Positions 28,529 to 36,853 of a stretch of 64,000 nucleotides of DNA are shown piece after piece. The notes under the pieces were generated by a model. That model saw only the letters and a program-made list of their open reading frames with translations. It ran no database searches and was not told the origin of the DNA. Source of the DNA: Planctomycetota bacterium (GTDB lineage Bacteria; Planctomycetota; GCA-002687715; DRQF01); contig JACKGY010000009.1 in NCBI GenBank assembly GCA_020639295.1, positions 165,148 through 229,147 on the forward strand, in the 5' to 3' direction. Numbering within the stretch: the first letter of the stretch is position 1; every line of letters begins with the position of its first letter. The translations under genes were made by a program, and so were the position numbers.

Positions 28529-29658
28529 GCCTTGGCCCCGCCGTCCAGCACGCGTCGGTAGTAATCCTCGTAGAGCGGCAGGATCCGTTTCAGGCTGAAA
28601 CGTGCCTCCGCCTGCCGCCTCGCCTCCTGCGCCATCGCCCGCCGACGCTCGTCGTGTTCCAGCATCTCCGCGGCCGCCGCGGCCAGGGCCTCGACGTCGC
28701 CGACCGGGAAGAGCCGGCCACTTCGACCATCGTCGATCACCTCGGGCAGGCCGCCGGCATCGCTGGCCAGGACCGGCACGCCACAGGCCATCGCCTCGAG
28801 CGCCGCGAGTCCGAAGGACTCGTAGAGAGAAGGCAGGACGAAGAGATCGGCGCAGGTGAGGATCTTCTCGATCGCATCCTGCGAGCCGAGAAAATCGACC
28901 CGATCGGCAATGCCGAGCTGCCGGGCGCGCGCTTCCGCCGCCGGACGATCCGGACCATCGCCCACCATCAGCAAGCGGACCTTGCGTTGGGCGCCGAGGA
29001 TGGCCATGGCTTCGATCAGGTCGAGGACGCGCTTGACCGGACGGAAGTTCGAGATGTGCACGAGCATGCTCTCGCCGTCGTGGCGCATGCCCATCGCCTG
29101 CGGGCAGGGCGTCACCGCGAAGCGCTGCAGGTCGACGAAGTTCGAAATCACCTCGATCGCGGCCGAGGTGCCGATGATCGTCCGCGTCTCGCGCCGAAGG
29201 TACTCCGACACCGCCGTGATGCCGTCGGCCTCCTCGATCGCGTGCCGCGTCACCCGCCGATAGGCGGGGTCGTTGCCGACGATGGTGATGTCGGTGCCGT
29301 GGAGGGTGCCGATGACCTTGACGTCGCAGATGCCGCGCAGCATGTCGCGCGCGAGCAGCGCACTCACCAGATGGGGCACGGCGTAGTGGACGTGGATCAG
29401 GTCGAGATCATGGAGCTCGCAGACCTCGGCGAGCTTGGTGGCGAGCGCGAGGGCGTAGGGCGGGTACTTGAAGAGCGGGTATTCCTGGACGCTGACCTGG
29501 TGGTAGAAGACCTGGCGGCTGAAGGAGGTCAGACGAATCGGCGCCTCGTAGGCCAGGAAGTGGATCTCGTGGCCCTCCTCGGCGAGGGCCAGACCCAGCT
29601 CGGTGGCGAGCACGCCACTGCCGCCGTAGGTGGGATAGCAGGCGATGCCGATCTTCAT
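28507..29658 (-). CDS. bshA: N-acetyl-alpha-D-glucosaminyl L-malate synthase BshA (GT4)
   Basis: I chose the internal ATG at 29658. [35 protein letters not shown] matches the BshA N-terminus. GT4 EX7E region: [17 protein letters not shown]. It is the last gene of the bshC-bshB-bshA string. Confidence 0.85.
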   Translation of the reverse strand: MKIGIACYPTYGGSGVLATELGLALAEEGHEIHFLAYEAPIRLTSFSRQVFYHQVSVQEYPLFKYPPYALALATKLAEVCELHDLDLIHVHYAVPHLVSALLARDMLRGICDVKVIGTLHGTDITIVGNDPAYRRVTRHAIEEADGITAVSEYLRRETRTIIGTSAAIEVISNFVDLQRFAVTPCPQAMGMRHDGESMLVHISNFRPVKRVLDLIEAMAILGAQRKVRLLMVGDGPDRPAAEARARQLGIADRVDFLGSQDAIEKILTCADLFVLPSLYESFGLAALEAMACGVPVLASDAGGLPEVIDDGRSGRLFPVGDVEALAAAAAEMLEHDERRRAMAQEARRQAEARFSLKRILPLYEDYYRRVLDGGAKAQREAGM

Positions 29659-30392
29659 TCGTCGTCGTTCCTGTACTTGCCGAAGCCGCTGAACAGCGCG
29701 AAGGGATCGCGGCTCGGGATCGGCCCGTCGACGAGGAAGGGCTCGCCGTAGCGCACGCCGATGAAGTGTCCCCAGTAGAGAGCCCGCCCCTCCCACCAGG
29801 ACCAGAAGTTCTCACCGGAGATGAAGGTCGCTCGTTCGTCGCTGTCGGGCCGATGAAACTGCGAGCGGTAGCAGGCGGCGGCTTCCTTCTTGGCGGCGAA
29901 ATGGTCGCTGATGTCGACGACGATGCTCGGCTTCAGCGGCGTGTGCGACATGTAGAACAGGAGCCCTTCGGGTCGCCATGGTTTCTGACCGGTGTCCCAG
30001 CGCTCGAGACCGGCGAGAAAACGAACCTGGCGGACCAAGGCACCGCTCGCCGCGTGGTCGGGATGCAGATCCTCCCAGTAGGGTGCCAGGACGATGCGTG
30101 GGCGCAGCCGTCGGATGCACCGGATCAGCTTGTCCTTTGACGCGTCATCGGGCGTCATGTGACCGTCCGGAAGATCGAGGATCTCCAGGTCACCGACCCC
30201 GAGGCGATCGGCGGCCGCCCGGGCTTCGCGGCGGCGCGTGGCCGGATCGCCCCGTGTTCCCATCTCCCCTGCGCTGAGATGGCAGATGGCCGTGCGCAAG
30301 CCGGCCGCGCGAGCGAGGAGCAGGGTCCCGCCGCAGTTCAGTTCGACGTCGTCGGGATGGGAGCCGATGGCCAGAACGTCGATGGTGTTCAT
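29655..30392 (-). CDS. bshB1: N-acetyl-alpha-D-glucosaminyl L-malate deacetylase BshB (PIG-L/LmbE family)
   Basis: ATG at 30392. VLAIGSHPDDVELNCGGTLL and HPDH motifs of LmbE-type deacetylases. 4-nt overlap with bshA. Confidence 0.85.
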   Translation of the reverse strand: MNTIDVLAIGSHPDDVELNCGGTLLLARAAGLRTAICHLSAGEMGTRGDPATRRREARAAADRLGVGDLEILDLPDGHMTPDDASKDKLIRCIRRLRPRIVLAPYWEDLHPDHAASGALVRQVRFLAGLERWDTGQKPWRPEGLLFYMSHTPLKPSIVVDISDHFAAKKEAAACYRSQFHRPDSDERATFISGENFWSWWEGRALYWGHFIGVRYGEPFLVDGPIPSRDPFALFSGFGKYRNDDE

Positions 30393-30393
30393 C

Positions 30394-31905
30394 TCAATCC
30401 TCGAGATCGATCTGCAGATCGTCCAGGGCCTCGTCATCGAGCGCGGTCACGACCCTGGCGAAGAAAGCGCCGTCGAGCGGAAGACCGAAGGCGAAGACGC
30501 CGAGGGCGCGATCCTGGCCACCGTGATCGAACCGCAGTTCGTGGCGCAAGCGATGTCGGGCACGCGCCGCGTCGCGGTCCTGACGCCGGGCTTCCTTGAG
30601 CCAGGCCTTGCGGAGCTGACGCAGGTCGGCGAGTGCCGATCGACGATAACTCACCAGCTCACGACGGAGGAACGGATCGGGATGATTCTCGATCCCCTGG
30701 AAGGCCTGGCGGAGGCCGGTTTCGACGCGGTCGAGTTCGGGAGCCTCGAAGCTGGGGGGCGACAAGTCCCAGCTCCGGGCCGGTCCTTCGAGGCCGAGTC
30801 GGTCGGCGAGCGAGCGCAACTCGTGATCGAGCACCAGCAAGGCAGGCCGCGGTCGGACCAGGGGCCGCGGTAGACCCAGGACGCCGAACAGGGGCATCAA
30901 CTGGGCCATGTAGGCACCCTCGGTCGGCCCGGAGATCTGGGCGACGACGGGAAAGAGCGCCTGCTGGGCGAGGGGGCGGGCCGCGGCCGCGGAACTCAAT
31001 CGTTCCGGTTCTGCCACCAGGATCCGATCGAGGTCCTCGGCCTCGAGGCGGAGGCTTCCGGCCCGCCAGCCGGGCGGCTCGGCATCCAGTCGCTGGCGAC
31101 CCTCGGGTCCGGAGAGGAAATGGAAGCTGGTCTCGGGTCCGGGAAGGGCCAGGGGAGCGGTGAAGCCGGCGATCTCGAGTTCGGTGCTGGCGGCCCGCAT
31201 GAGATCGATCAGTTCGAGGCGGTTGGTGAGGAGGTTGCGCCGGAAGGGAACGAGAATCTGCGCGAATCGATGCGGTTCGACCAGGATCAGGCCGCTGCCG
31301 GCCGTGAGCCGGGCCAGGAGCCGAAGCTGCCAGGCGCCGAAGGTCTCGTCCGGACGCGGGAGACAGTCCTCGGCGATCCCCTCTTCTGCGGCCAGGTCGG
31401 CCAGACGTCGGCGGTCGTTCTCGTCGAGGATGGTCTGGTGAAGAGACCGGGTTGGCGATCGGATCTCGAGTTCGAACCAGGACGGTTCCGGCCGATCGGG
31501 GCGGCTGCGCCTGAAGCAGCGGGCGGCCTCGGCGAAGTCGTGGTCTTCCGAAGCCGACCAGAACAGGGCCACGGCGGGAACGCCCTCGGCGCGCAGGGTC
31601 CGGGCGAGCCGAACGGCCGCGGCGGCCTTGGCCAGGGTCAGGAGAGGACCGGCGAAGAGACCGGGTTGCTGACCGGCGATGACGACGACGGCACCCTTCT
31701 CGAGTTCGGCGATGGCAGCACGGCGCGCGGGGTCGTCAGGCAAGTCGGCATCGGCGCTGCGAATGCAGTCGACGACGTCGGCCGTGCAGGGAGCATGAAG
31801 GAGCATGCGCGCCCGGAGCAGGAGTTCGTCGTGCCCGAGGCCGCCACCGAGCAGACGTCGGGCCTGGGGATCGCCCTGGCTCAAAGCCGTCATGAGCCCG
31901 GTCAT
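30394..31905 (-). CDS. bshC: Bacillithiol biosynthesis cysteine-adding enzyme BshC
   Basis: VVIAGQQPGLFAGPLLTLAKAAAAVRLA...VPAVALFWSASEDHDFAEA matches the BshC signature (GQQ.GLF.GP....K......A....PVFW.A.EDHDF.E). 503 aa. Confidence 0.8.
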   Translation of the reverse strand: MTGLMTALSQGDPQARRLLGGGLGHDELLLRARMLLHAPCTADVVDCIRSADADLPDDPARRAAIAELEKGAVVVIAGQQPGLFAGPLLTLAKAAAAVRLARTLRAEGVPAVALFWSASEDHDFAEAARCFRRSRPDRPEPSWFELEIRSPTRSLHQTILDENDRRRLADLAAEEGIAEDCLPRPDETFGAWQLRLLARLTAGSGLILVEPHRFAQILVPFRRNLLTNRLELIDLMRAASTELEIAGFTAPLALPGPETSFHFLSGPEGRQRLDAEPPGWRAGSLRLEAEDLDRILVAEPERLSSAAAARPLAQQALFPVVAQISGPTEGAYMAQLMPLFGVLGLPRPLVRPRPALLVLDHELRSLADRLGLEGPARSWDLSPPSFEAPELDRVETGLRQAFQGIENHPDPFLRRELVSYRRSALADLRQLRKAWLKEARRQDRDAARARHRLRHELRFDHGGQDRALGVFAFGLPLDGAFFARVVTALDDEALDDLQIDLED

Positions 31906-32645
31906 CGAGGTCGAAGTCCATGAAGGACGCAGCGAGGGCTGTCGATGCGATGCGGTTCACCGGCGAGATCGCCCAGGCGACTCTTTACGTCGAGTCCGGC
32001 CCGCAGGCAGAGCGCCTCGAGCTCTTCGGGCTCATAGAGGCGGACGGACTCGTGGTAGTTGTGCCGGCGACCGTCATCGGCCAGCACCTCGACATCCTTC
32101 AGGACCCGGCGCGAAGCCTCGTCGATCGAGCGGCGCTCGTGGATCCGGAATTGCGCCTGGCGGCGTCGGGATTCGGGCACGAGGTCGCGACGGACCCGGG
32201 CGGCATTGAGGAAGTCGAGCAGGAAGGGCGCGTCGGGTCGCAGGACGCGCGCGATCTCCTGGAGGACCAGGAGGTCCTCGTCGCTGCTCTCGAAGTAGCC
32301 GAAGGAGGTGAAGAACGAGAAGGCCGCGGCCATCGTGCCGGTCGCGATCGGCAGGCGACGCATGTCGGCGCGGACGAAGAGGGAATGATCGAGTCGGCGT
32401 CGACGCGCGAGACCGAGGAGGTCGCGGGAGAGGTCGATGCCGATCACGGGGAAGCCACGTCGGTTGAGGGCCAGGGCATGGCGACCATGACCACAGCAGA
32501 GGTCGAGGACCGGGGCAGCCGGTTCCGGACCGAGGAGGTCGAGGACGAAGTCGACTTCGGCCAGGGCCTGTTCGTCACTGCGATGGGGGTAGACCTCGCG
32601 GTAGACCGCGTCGAAGGCCCGTTCGTACCAGGCAGGTTCCGACAT
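31902..32645 (-). CDS. Class I SAM-dependent methyltransferase co-transcribed with bshCBA
   Basis: SAM motif VLDLCCGHGRHALALNRRGFPVIGIDLS. ATGA overlap with bshC and 1-nt overlap with pyrF. Confidence 0.8.
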   Translation of the reverse strand: MSEPAWYERAFDAVYREVYPHRSDEQALAEVDFVLDLLGPEPAAPVLDLCCGHGRHALALNRRGFPVIGIDLSRDLLGLARRRRLDHSLFVRADMRRLPIATGTMAAAFSFFTSFGYFESSDEDLLVLQEIARVLRPDAPFLLDFLNAARVRRDLVPESRRRQAQFRIHERRSIDEASRRVLKDVEVLADDGRRHNYHESVRLYEPEELEALCLRAGLDVKSRLGDLAGEPHRIDSPRCVLHGLRPR

Positions 32646-33532
32646 CAGCGTTCGCTCAGGGCGCTGCGCAGGTCGTCCCGGGCCTCGCGGGCCGCCGTGC
32701 GGATGCGGTCGCGCCAGTCGGGCGGCGCTTCGGTACCAGTGGTCCAGGGAAAGGTGATGCCACGCGAGGAGTTGACCAGGGCGCCGGCGCCCTGCTGGTC
32801 GAAGCCGGCCGCGGCATCCTGCATCCCGGCACCCTGGGCCCCGACTCCCGGGATGAGCAGTTCGACTCCGGCGAGTCGAGTCCGCAGCCGGCCGAGCGCG
32901 TCGGGATGCGTGGCGCCGACCACGGCACCGATCGTGCCGGGGTAGCCTTCGCCCCAGTCCCGGATCAGGTCGGCCATGTGCTCGTGGACGAGCCGGCCAT
33001 CGATGCGGAGATCCTGGAGTTCCGTCGAGGAGGGATTGCTGGTCTTGCAGAGGACGTAGACCCCGCCCCCTCTCTCCAGGGCGGTCTCGAGGAAGGGGCG
33101 AATGCCATCCGAACCGAGATAGGGGTTGACCGTGACCGCGTCGAGGAGCGGTCGGCCGCCGACGTCGCGGAATGCGGCTTCGGCATAGGCCTCGGCGGTG
33201 CTGCCGATGTCGCCTCGTTTGAGGTCACCGATCACGAGAAGGCCCCGGTCCTGGGCCGCGAGGCAGATCTCCTCGAAGACCTGGACCCCGACATGGCCGA
33301 GCTGTTCGAAGAAGGCGCTCTGCGGCTTGACCACGGCGGCATGGGGTTCGATGGCCTCGAGGACGGCTTCGGCGAAGGTGAGGTAGGCTCGGGCCTGTTC
33401 GTTCAGCGAGGCTCCGGGCCCCGGCCGGATCTCAGCGGGCAACATGGCGAGCCGTGGATCGATACCGACACAGAGCCGGCTGTTTCGTTCCCGGCAGGCC
33501 TGATCGAGACGCCGGTGGTAGGAAGTCACCAC
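32645..33532 (-). CDS. pyrF: Orotidine 5-prime-phosphate decarboxylase (long type 2)
   Basis: LCVGIDPRLAMLP, VKPQSAFFE and IGDLKRGDIGSTAEAY motifs. GTG start overlaps the upstream stop. Confidence 0.88.
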   Translation of the reverse strand: MVTSYHRRLDQACRERNSRLCVGIDPRLAMLPAEIRPGPGASLNEQARAYLTFAEAVLEAIEPHAAVVKPQSAFFEQLGHVGVQVFEEICLAAQDRGLLVIGDLKRGDIGSTAEAYAEAAFRDVGGRPLLDAVTVNPYLGSDGIRPFLETALERGGGVYVLCKTSNPSSTELQDLRIDGRLVHEHMADLIRDWGEGYPGTIGAVVGATHPDALGRLRTRLAGVELLIPGVGAQGAGMQDAAAGFDQQGAGALVNSSRGITFPWTTGTEAPPDWRDRIRTAAREARDDLRSALSER

Positions 33533-34110
33533 GACAGGAAGTTCTCCATGAGGATCCGCCCCGCCTCGGTGAGGAAGGACTCGGGATGAAACTGGAGACC
33601 GGCAACCGGAAGCTCGTCGTGGGACAAGGCCATGACCAGTCGACGTCCCCGGTCCTCGCAGGTCGCACTCACGCGTAGCCCCGGAGGAAGCGACTCCGGG
33701 ACCAGGACGAGGGAATGATAACGCATGACCTGGACCGGGCGTGGGACGCCGACGAAGATGCCTCGACCGTCATGTTCGACCGAGGAGGCGTGACCGTGGA
33801 CCGGATGGGGCGCGCGTTCGAGAGCCAGGCCGAAGTGCCGACCGATCGCCTGGTGACCGAGACAGATGCCCAGGACGGGAATCCGTCCGATGGCCCGATC
33901 GAGCAGGTCCATGGTCTTGCCGGCGACCTCGGGTCGTCCGGGTCCCGGCGAGACGAGGAGGCGGGCCGGTTTGGCTTCCGGGTCGTCGAGACGAGGATCG
34001 TCATGGCGCAGGACGACGGGAGCGTCGCCCAGGGCGCGAAGCAGCTGGACGATGTTCCAGGTGAAGGAGTCGTAGTTGTCGACGACGAGAGTCCGACCGT
34101 TGACCTGCAT
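33526..34110 (-). CDS. Glutamine amidotransferase component II of anthranilate / aminodeoxychorismate synthase (TrpG/PabA)
   Basis: LVVDNYDSFTWNIVQ, GICLGHQAIG (catalytic Cys) and LQFHPES motifs. No trpE or pabB is adjacent, so the pathway cannot be assigned. Confidence 0.9.
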   Translation of the reverse strand: MQVNGRTLVVDNYDSFTWNIVQLLRALGDAPVVLRHDDPRLDDPEAKPARLLVSPGPGRPEVAGKTMDLLDRAIGRIPVLGICLGHQAIGRHFGLALERAPHPVHGHASSVEHDGRGIFVGVPRPVQVMRYHSLVLVPESLPPGLRVSATCEDRGRRLVMALSHDELPVAGLQFHPESFLTEAGRILMENFLSW

Positions 34111-34398
34111 GGAGCGACTGTTCGCGATCTCGGTCCGCGATGCAAGCGCTGCGGCGCTCTTCTGCGGAAGCGGGAAGAAGAAGAGAACTTCTTCTCTAGA
34201 AAAGACAGAGTCATCTTCATGAGGGCCTGTCGGGCCGAGGACGAAGTCGGCGCCGGCGAACGCAAGTCCTTGGCCGGTCGACCAGGAGGACGACTGTCGG
34301 ATTCTGGAGCCGGTGTTGGGCCGGAGTCAGGGGTCGGGGATGGCCCGAGAACTTGTCCGGCGCGCGTCCACGGAGGCTGCGCTGCGGACGTTGCGGGG

Positions 34399-34407
34399 CG
34401 TGGACAA
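34399..34407 (-). promoter_or_regulatory. DnaA-box-like 9-mer (plus strand CGTGGACAA = TTGTCCACG on the minus strand)
   Basis: One mismatch to TTGTCCACA, inside the 518-bp non-coding gap 34111-34628. Confidence 0.3.
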
Positions 34408-34534
34408 GTCCGGCCGCGCCCACGAACTTGCCCGGGCTTTTGCCCGCGAATCCTGAAAGCACAGGGCCCCAGATCTGGTGGTGGTCGAGCTTGGCACCAC
34501 ACGATCGCGTCGGCTCCGGAAACCAGGACGTCCT

Positions 34535-34543
34535 TGTGGACAA
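34535..34543 (-). promoter_or_regulatory. Perfect high-GC-type DnaA box (plus strand TGTGGACAA = TTGTCCACA on the minus strand)
   Basis: Exact match to the Streptomyces/Mycobacterium-type DnaA box consensus, in non-coding DNA. A further GTGGAC core follows 3 nt downstream (34546-34554). Confidence 0.35.
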
Positions 34544-34628
34544 GACGTGGACGGAAGGGTGTCCAATCGCCACAGGCGGTCGCAACAGGCTGGCGGGAAA
34601 GTACCTGCGAACGGGCCTGAAGAGACTA

Positions 34629-35435
34629 CTAGTTGTTGAGAATGGCGTTCAGGCGATCGAGGCAGCGGAGTTCGACCTGGCGCACCCGCTCTCGCGTCAT
34701 GCCGACGATCTGACCGATCTCGCGTAGCGTCATCGGCTCCTGGTCGCCGAAACCGTAGCGCAGCTTGAGAATCGTCCGCTCCTTCTCGTCGAGTTCGTCC
34801 AGGAGCTGCAGGAGCCGGCGACGCTCGTGCTTCTCGAGAGCCTCGTTCTCCGGCGTCTGCCGCTGGAGATCCTGGATCATCTCGAAGGAGCCGGTATCGG
34901 TGTCGAGCGAGACGACCTGGTCGAGGGTCTGGGTCGTCGTGATCGCGCGCCGCATCGACTTCCGTTCCGAGGGCGCCAGGTCGAGCGCCTGGCCGATCTC
35001 GTCGAGCTCGGGCTGGCGGCCGAGCTGCGCCTGCAGCTCGAGCGAGGCGGTCTTCCAGCGAGCGATGAGCTCCAGCATGTAGGAGGGGATACGAACCGTC
35101 TTCACGCTGTTGGTCAACGCCTTGCGGATCGATTGCTTGATCCACCAGGTGGCGTAGGTGCTGAACCGGCAGCCCTCTTCCGGGTCGAACTTCTCCACGG
35201 CCTTCATGAGACCGAGGTTGCCCTCCTCGATCAGATCGCTGAAGGGGAGACCGCGGTTGACGTAGATCTTGGCGATGGAGACCACCAGGCGCAGGTTCGA
35301 TTCGATCATCCGCTCCCGAGCGCTGAAGTCGCCCTGGCGAATCCGGCGCCCGAGTTCGATCTCGGCCTCGGCGTCGAGCAGGGGAATCGTGTTGATCTCG
35401 GAGAGGTAGGTCTCGATGACGCTGTCGGTGCCCAT
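34629..35435 (-). CDS. Sigma-70 family RNA polymerase sigma factor, compact RpoD/RpoS-like (regions 1.2-4, no region 1.1)
   Basis: I chose ATG 35435 because the track ORF upstream overlaps the sugar-transferase gene. Region 2: DLIEEGNLGLMKAVEKFDPEEGCRFSTYATWWIKQSIRKAL. Region 4.2: TLREIGQIVGMTRERVRQVE. Confidence 0.85.
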   Translation of the reverse strand: MGTDSVIETYLSEINTIPLLDAEAEIELGRRIRQGDFSARERMIESNLRLVVSIAKIYVNRGLPFSDLIEEGNLGLMKAVEKFDPEEGCRFSTYATWWIKQSIRKALTNSVKTVRIPSYMLELIARWKTASLELQAQLGRQPELDEIGQALDLAPSERKSMRRAITTTQTLDQVVSLDTDTGSFEMIQDLQRQTPENEALEKHERRRLLQLLDELDEKERTILKLRYGFGDQEPMTLREIGQIVGMTRERVRQVELRCLDRLNAILNN

Positions 35436-35463
35436 GGCCCTGATTTCCCTGGTCGCCAGGCGA

Positions 35464-36735
35464 TCAGGGAATGCGGCCCTCATCGCCCGGAACGTAGTCG
35501 AATCGCGGTCTTTGTCGGCGCTGTATGACTTGGCAAAGCGTCCGTCCGAGGACGGCGACATCGAGCCAGATCGACCAGGATTCGATGTAGTGGAGGTCCG
35601 AAAGGAGGCGCTTCCGCAGGGAAGTGTTGCCCACGAATCCTCGCACCTGCGCGAGTCCGGTGATGCCGGCCAAGCTGCGATGTCGTATGGAATATCTCGG
35701 CAGCGACGTTTTGAATACTTGAACGAATTCGGGGCGCTCGGGTCGCGGTCCGACCAACGAGAGATCGCCCCGCAGCACGTTCCAGAGCTGGGGTAGCTCG
35801 TCGAGCCAGCTACGCCGCAAGAACCTGCCGAAGCCGGTGATGCGCGCGTCCTCGGCGGCCGGCCAGACCGGCCGACCGTCGGGCTCCGCCGTGATTGCCA
35901 TCGACCGCAGCTTGTAGATCCGGAAGACGCGTTCACCACGGGTCACCCGGGTCTGGGAGTGTAGCGCCGGCGCGCCCTGGACGAGGCGGTTGGCCAGCCA
36001 GGCGAGCAGGAAGAGCGGCAGACTGAGCGGCAGGCTCGCGACCACCAGGGCGAGGTCGAGAACCCGCTTCAACATCCGGCTGGTGCCATCGCCAGGTCCT
36101 TCGGCCACAGGGAATTCGAGACCCCCCACCTCCAGGTAGGCCTCCCGCCCTCCCCCGCCCGGTCGGTAGCGCACCGCCCTCCCATCCAGGAGCAGGGCTC
36201 CCTCGGGGACCGCCTCCAGTCTGGGGACGCCCTCGGGGCAAGAGCCTCGGCTCGCGAGGAAGCCGACGAGACGATGGGAGCCGTAGCCGGGTCGACGCAG
36301 GGCCCGGGCCAGCTCCCGGGCACCCGGCCCGCGGCCCTGGATCACCAGCGGTCGGGCTCGAATCGCCAGCAGGAGGATGAGGACTTCGCGGCCGATCTGT
36401 CCGGCCAGGACCGCGACGAGGAGGCCCAGTACCGGGGGCCGGCCCTGGCCGAGAACGAGGGCATGGCCGGCGGCGGCGATCGCGACCGCCAGGATCGAGG
36501 CCACGAGCCGGGTATCCCGGCGTGGCCGGCTCCTCGGATCCTGGAGGCCGAGAAGCCTCGAGGACGCCAGGCCGAAGGCGACGAAGAAACCGGGTCGGGA
36601 CAGGGGAGACAGCACGAGGCCCCCACCCAGGGCGAGCGCGTCGATCAGGACGAGGGCGACCGAGGTCCAGACGGGAGGTCGAGAGCGTTCTGGATGTTGC
36701 TCGACCAAAACTCGCTCCTCGACTCCAAAACCCAT
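35464..36735 (-). CDS. Polyprenyl-phosphate glycosyl-phosphotransferase (bacterial sugar transferase, WbaP/WcaJ-like)
   Basis: TM-rich N-terminal half. The C-terminal half carries the conserved KRVLDL......P....L......R....G...H.Q.R.......F.IYKLRSM pattern and DELPQLWNVLRGDLSLVGPRP. Confidence 0.85.
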   Translation of the reverse strand: MGFGVEERVLVEQHPERSRPPVWTSVALVLIDALALGGGLVLSPLSRPGFFVAFGLASSRLLGLQDPRSRPRRDTRLVASILAVAIAAAGHALVLGQGRPPVLGLLVAVLAGQIGREVLILLLAIRARPLVIQGRGPGARELARALRRPGYGSHRLVGFLASRGSCPEGVPRLEAVPEGALLLDGRAVRYRPGGGGREAYLEVGGLEFPVAEGPGDGTSRMLKRVLDLALVVASLPLSLPLFLLAWLANRLVQGAPALHSQTRVTRGERVFRIYKLRSMAITAEPDGRPVWPAAEDARITGFGRFLRRSWLDELPQLWNVLRGDLSLVGPRPERPEFVQVFKTSLPRYSIRHRSLAGITGLAQVRGFVGNTSLRKRLLSDLHYIESWSIWLDVAVLGRTLCQVIQRRQRPRFDYVPGDEGRIP

Positions 36736-36788
36736 GGCGGGCCGGATGTTAGCGCTGGGCGGCCAGCGCTGCAAGCGGGGGGCCGACC

Positions 36789-36817
36789 TTGACGAGGACC
36801 CTAACTTGTTTCATATT
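36789..36817 (+). promoter_or_regulatory. Sigma-70-like promoter for the HPr-domain gene
   Basis: TTGACG (36789-36794), 17-nt spacer, CATATT (36812-36817). It lies 37 nt upstream of the ATG at 36854. Confidence 0.5.
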
Positions 36818-36853
36818 CGGGCGTTCGTCGCGACCAGACCCGAGCCGCCTCCG

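Noticed and set aside
34217-34585. 122-aa minus-strand and 124-aa plus-strand ORFs inside the 34.1-34.6 kb gap
   Set aside because: Both are Arg/Pro/Ser-rich with no ribosome-binding site or motif. The gap is better explained as non-coding (see the DnaA-box finding).
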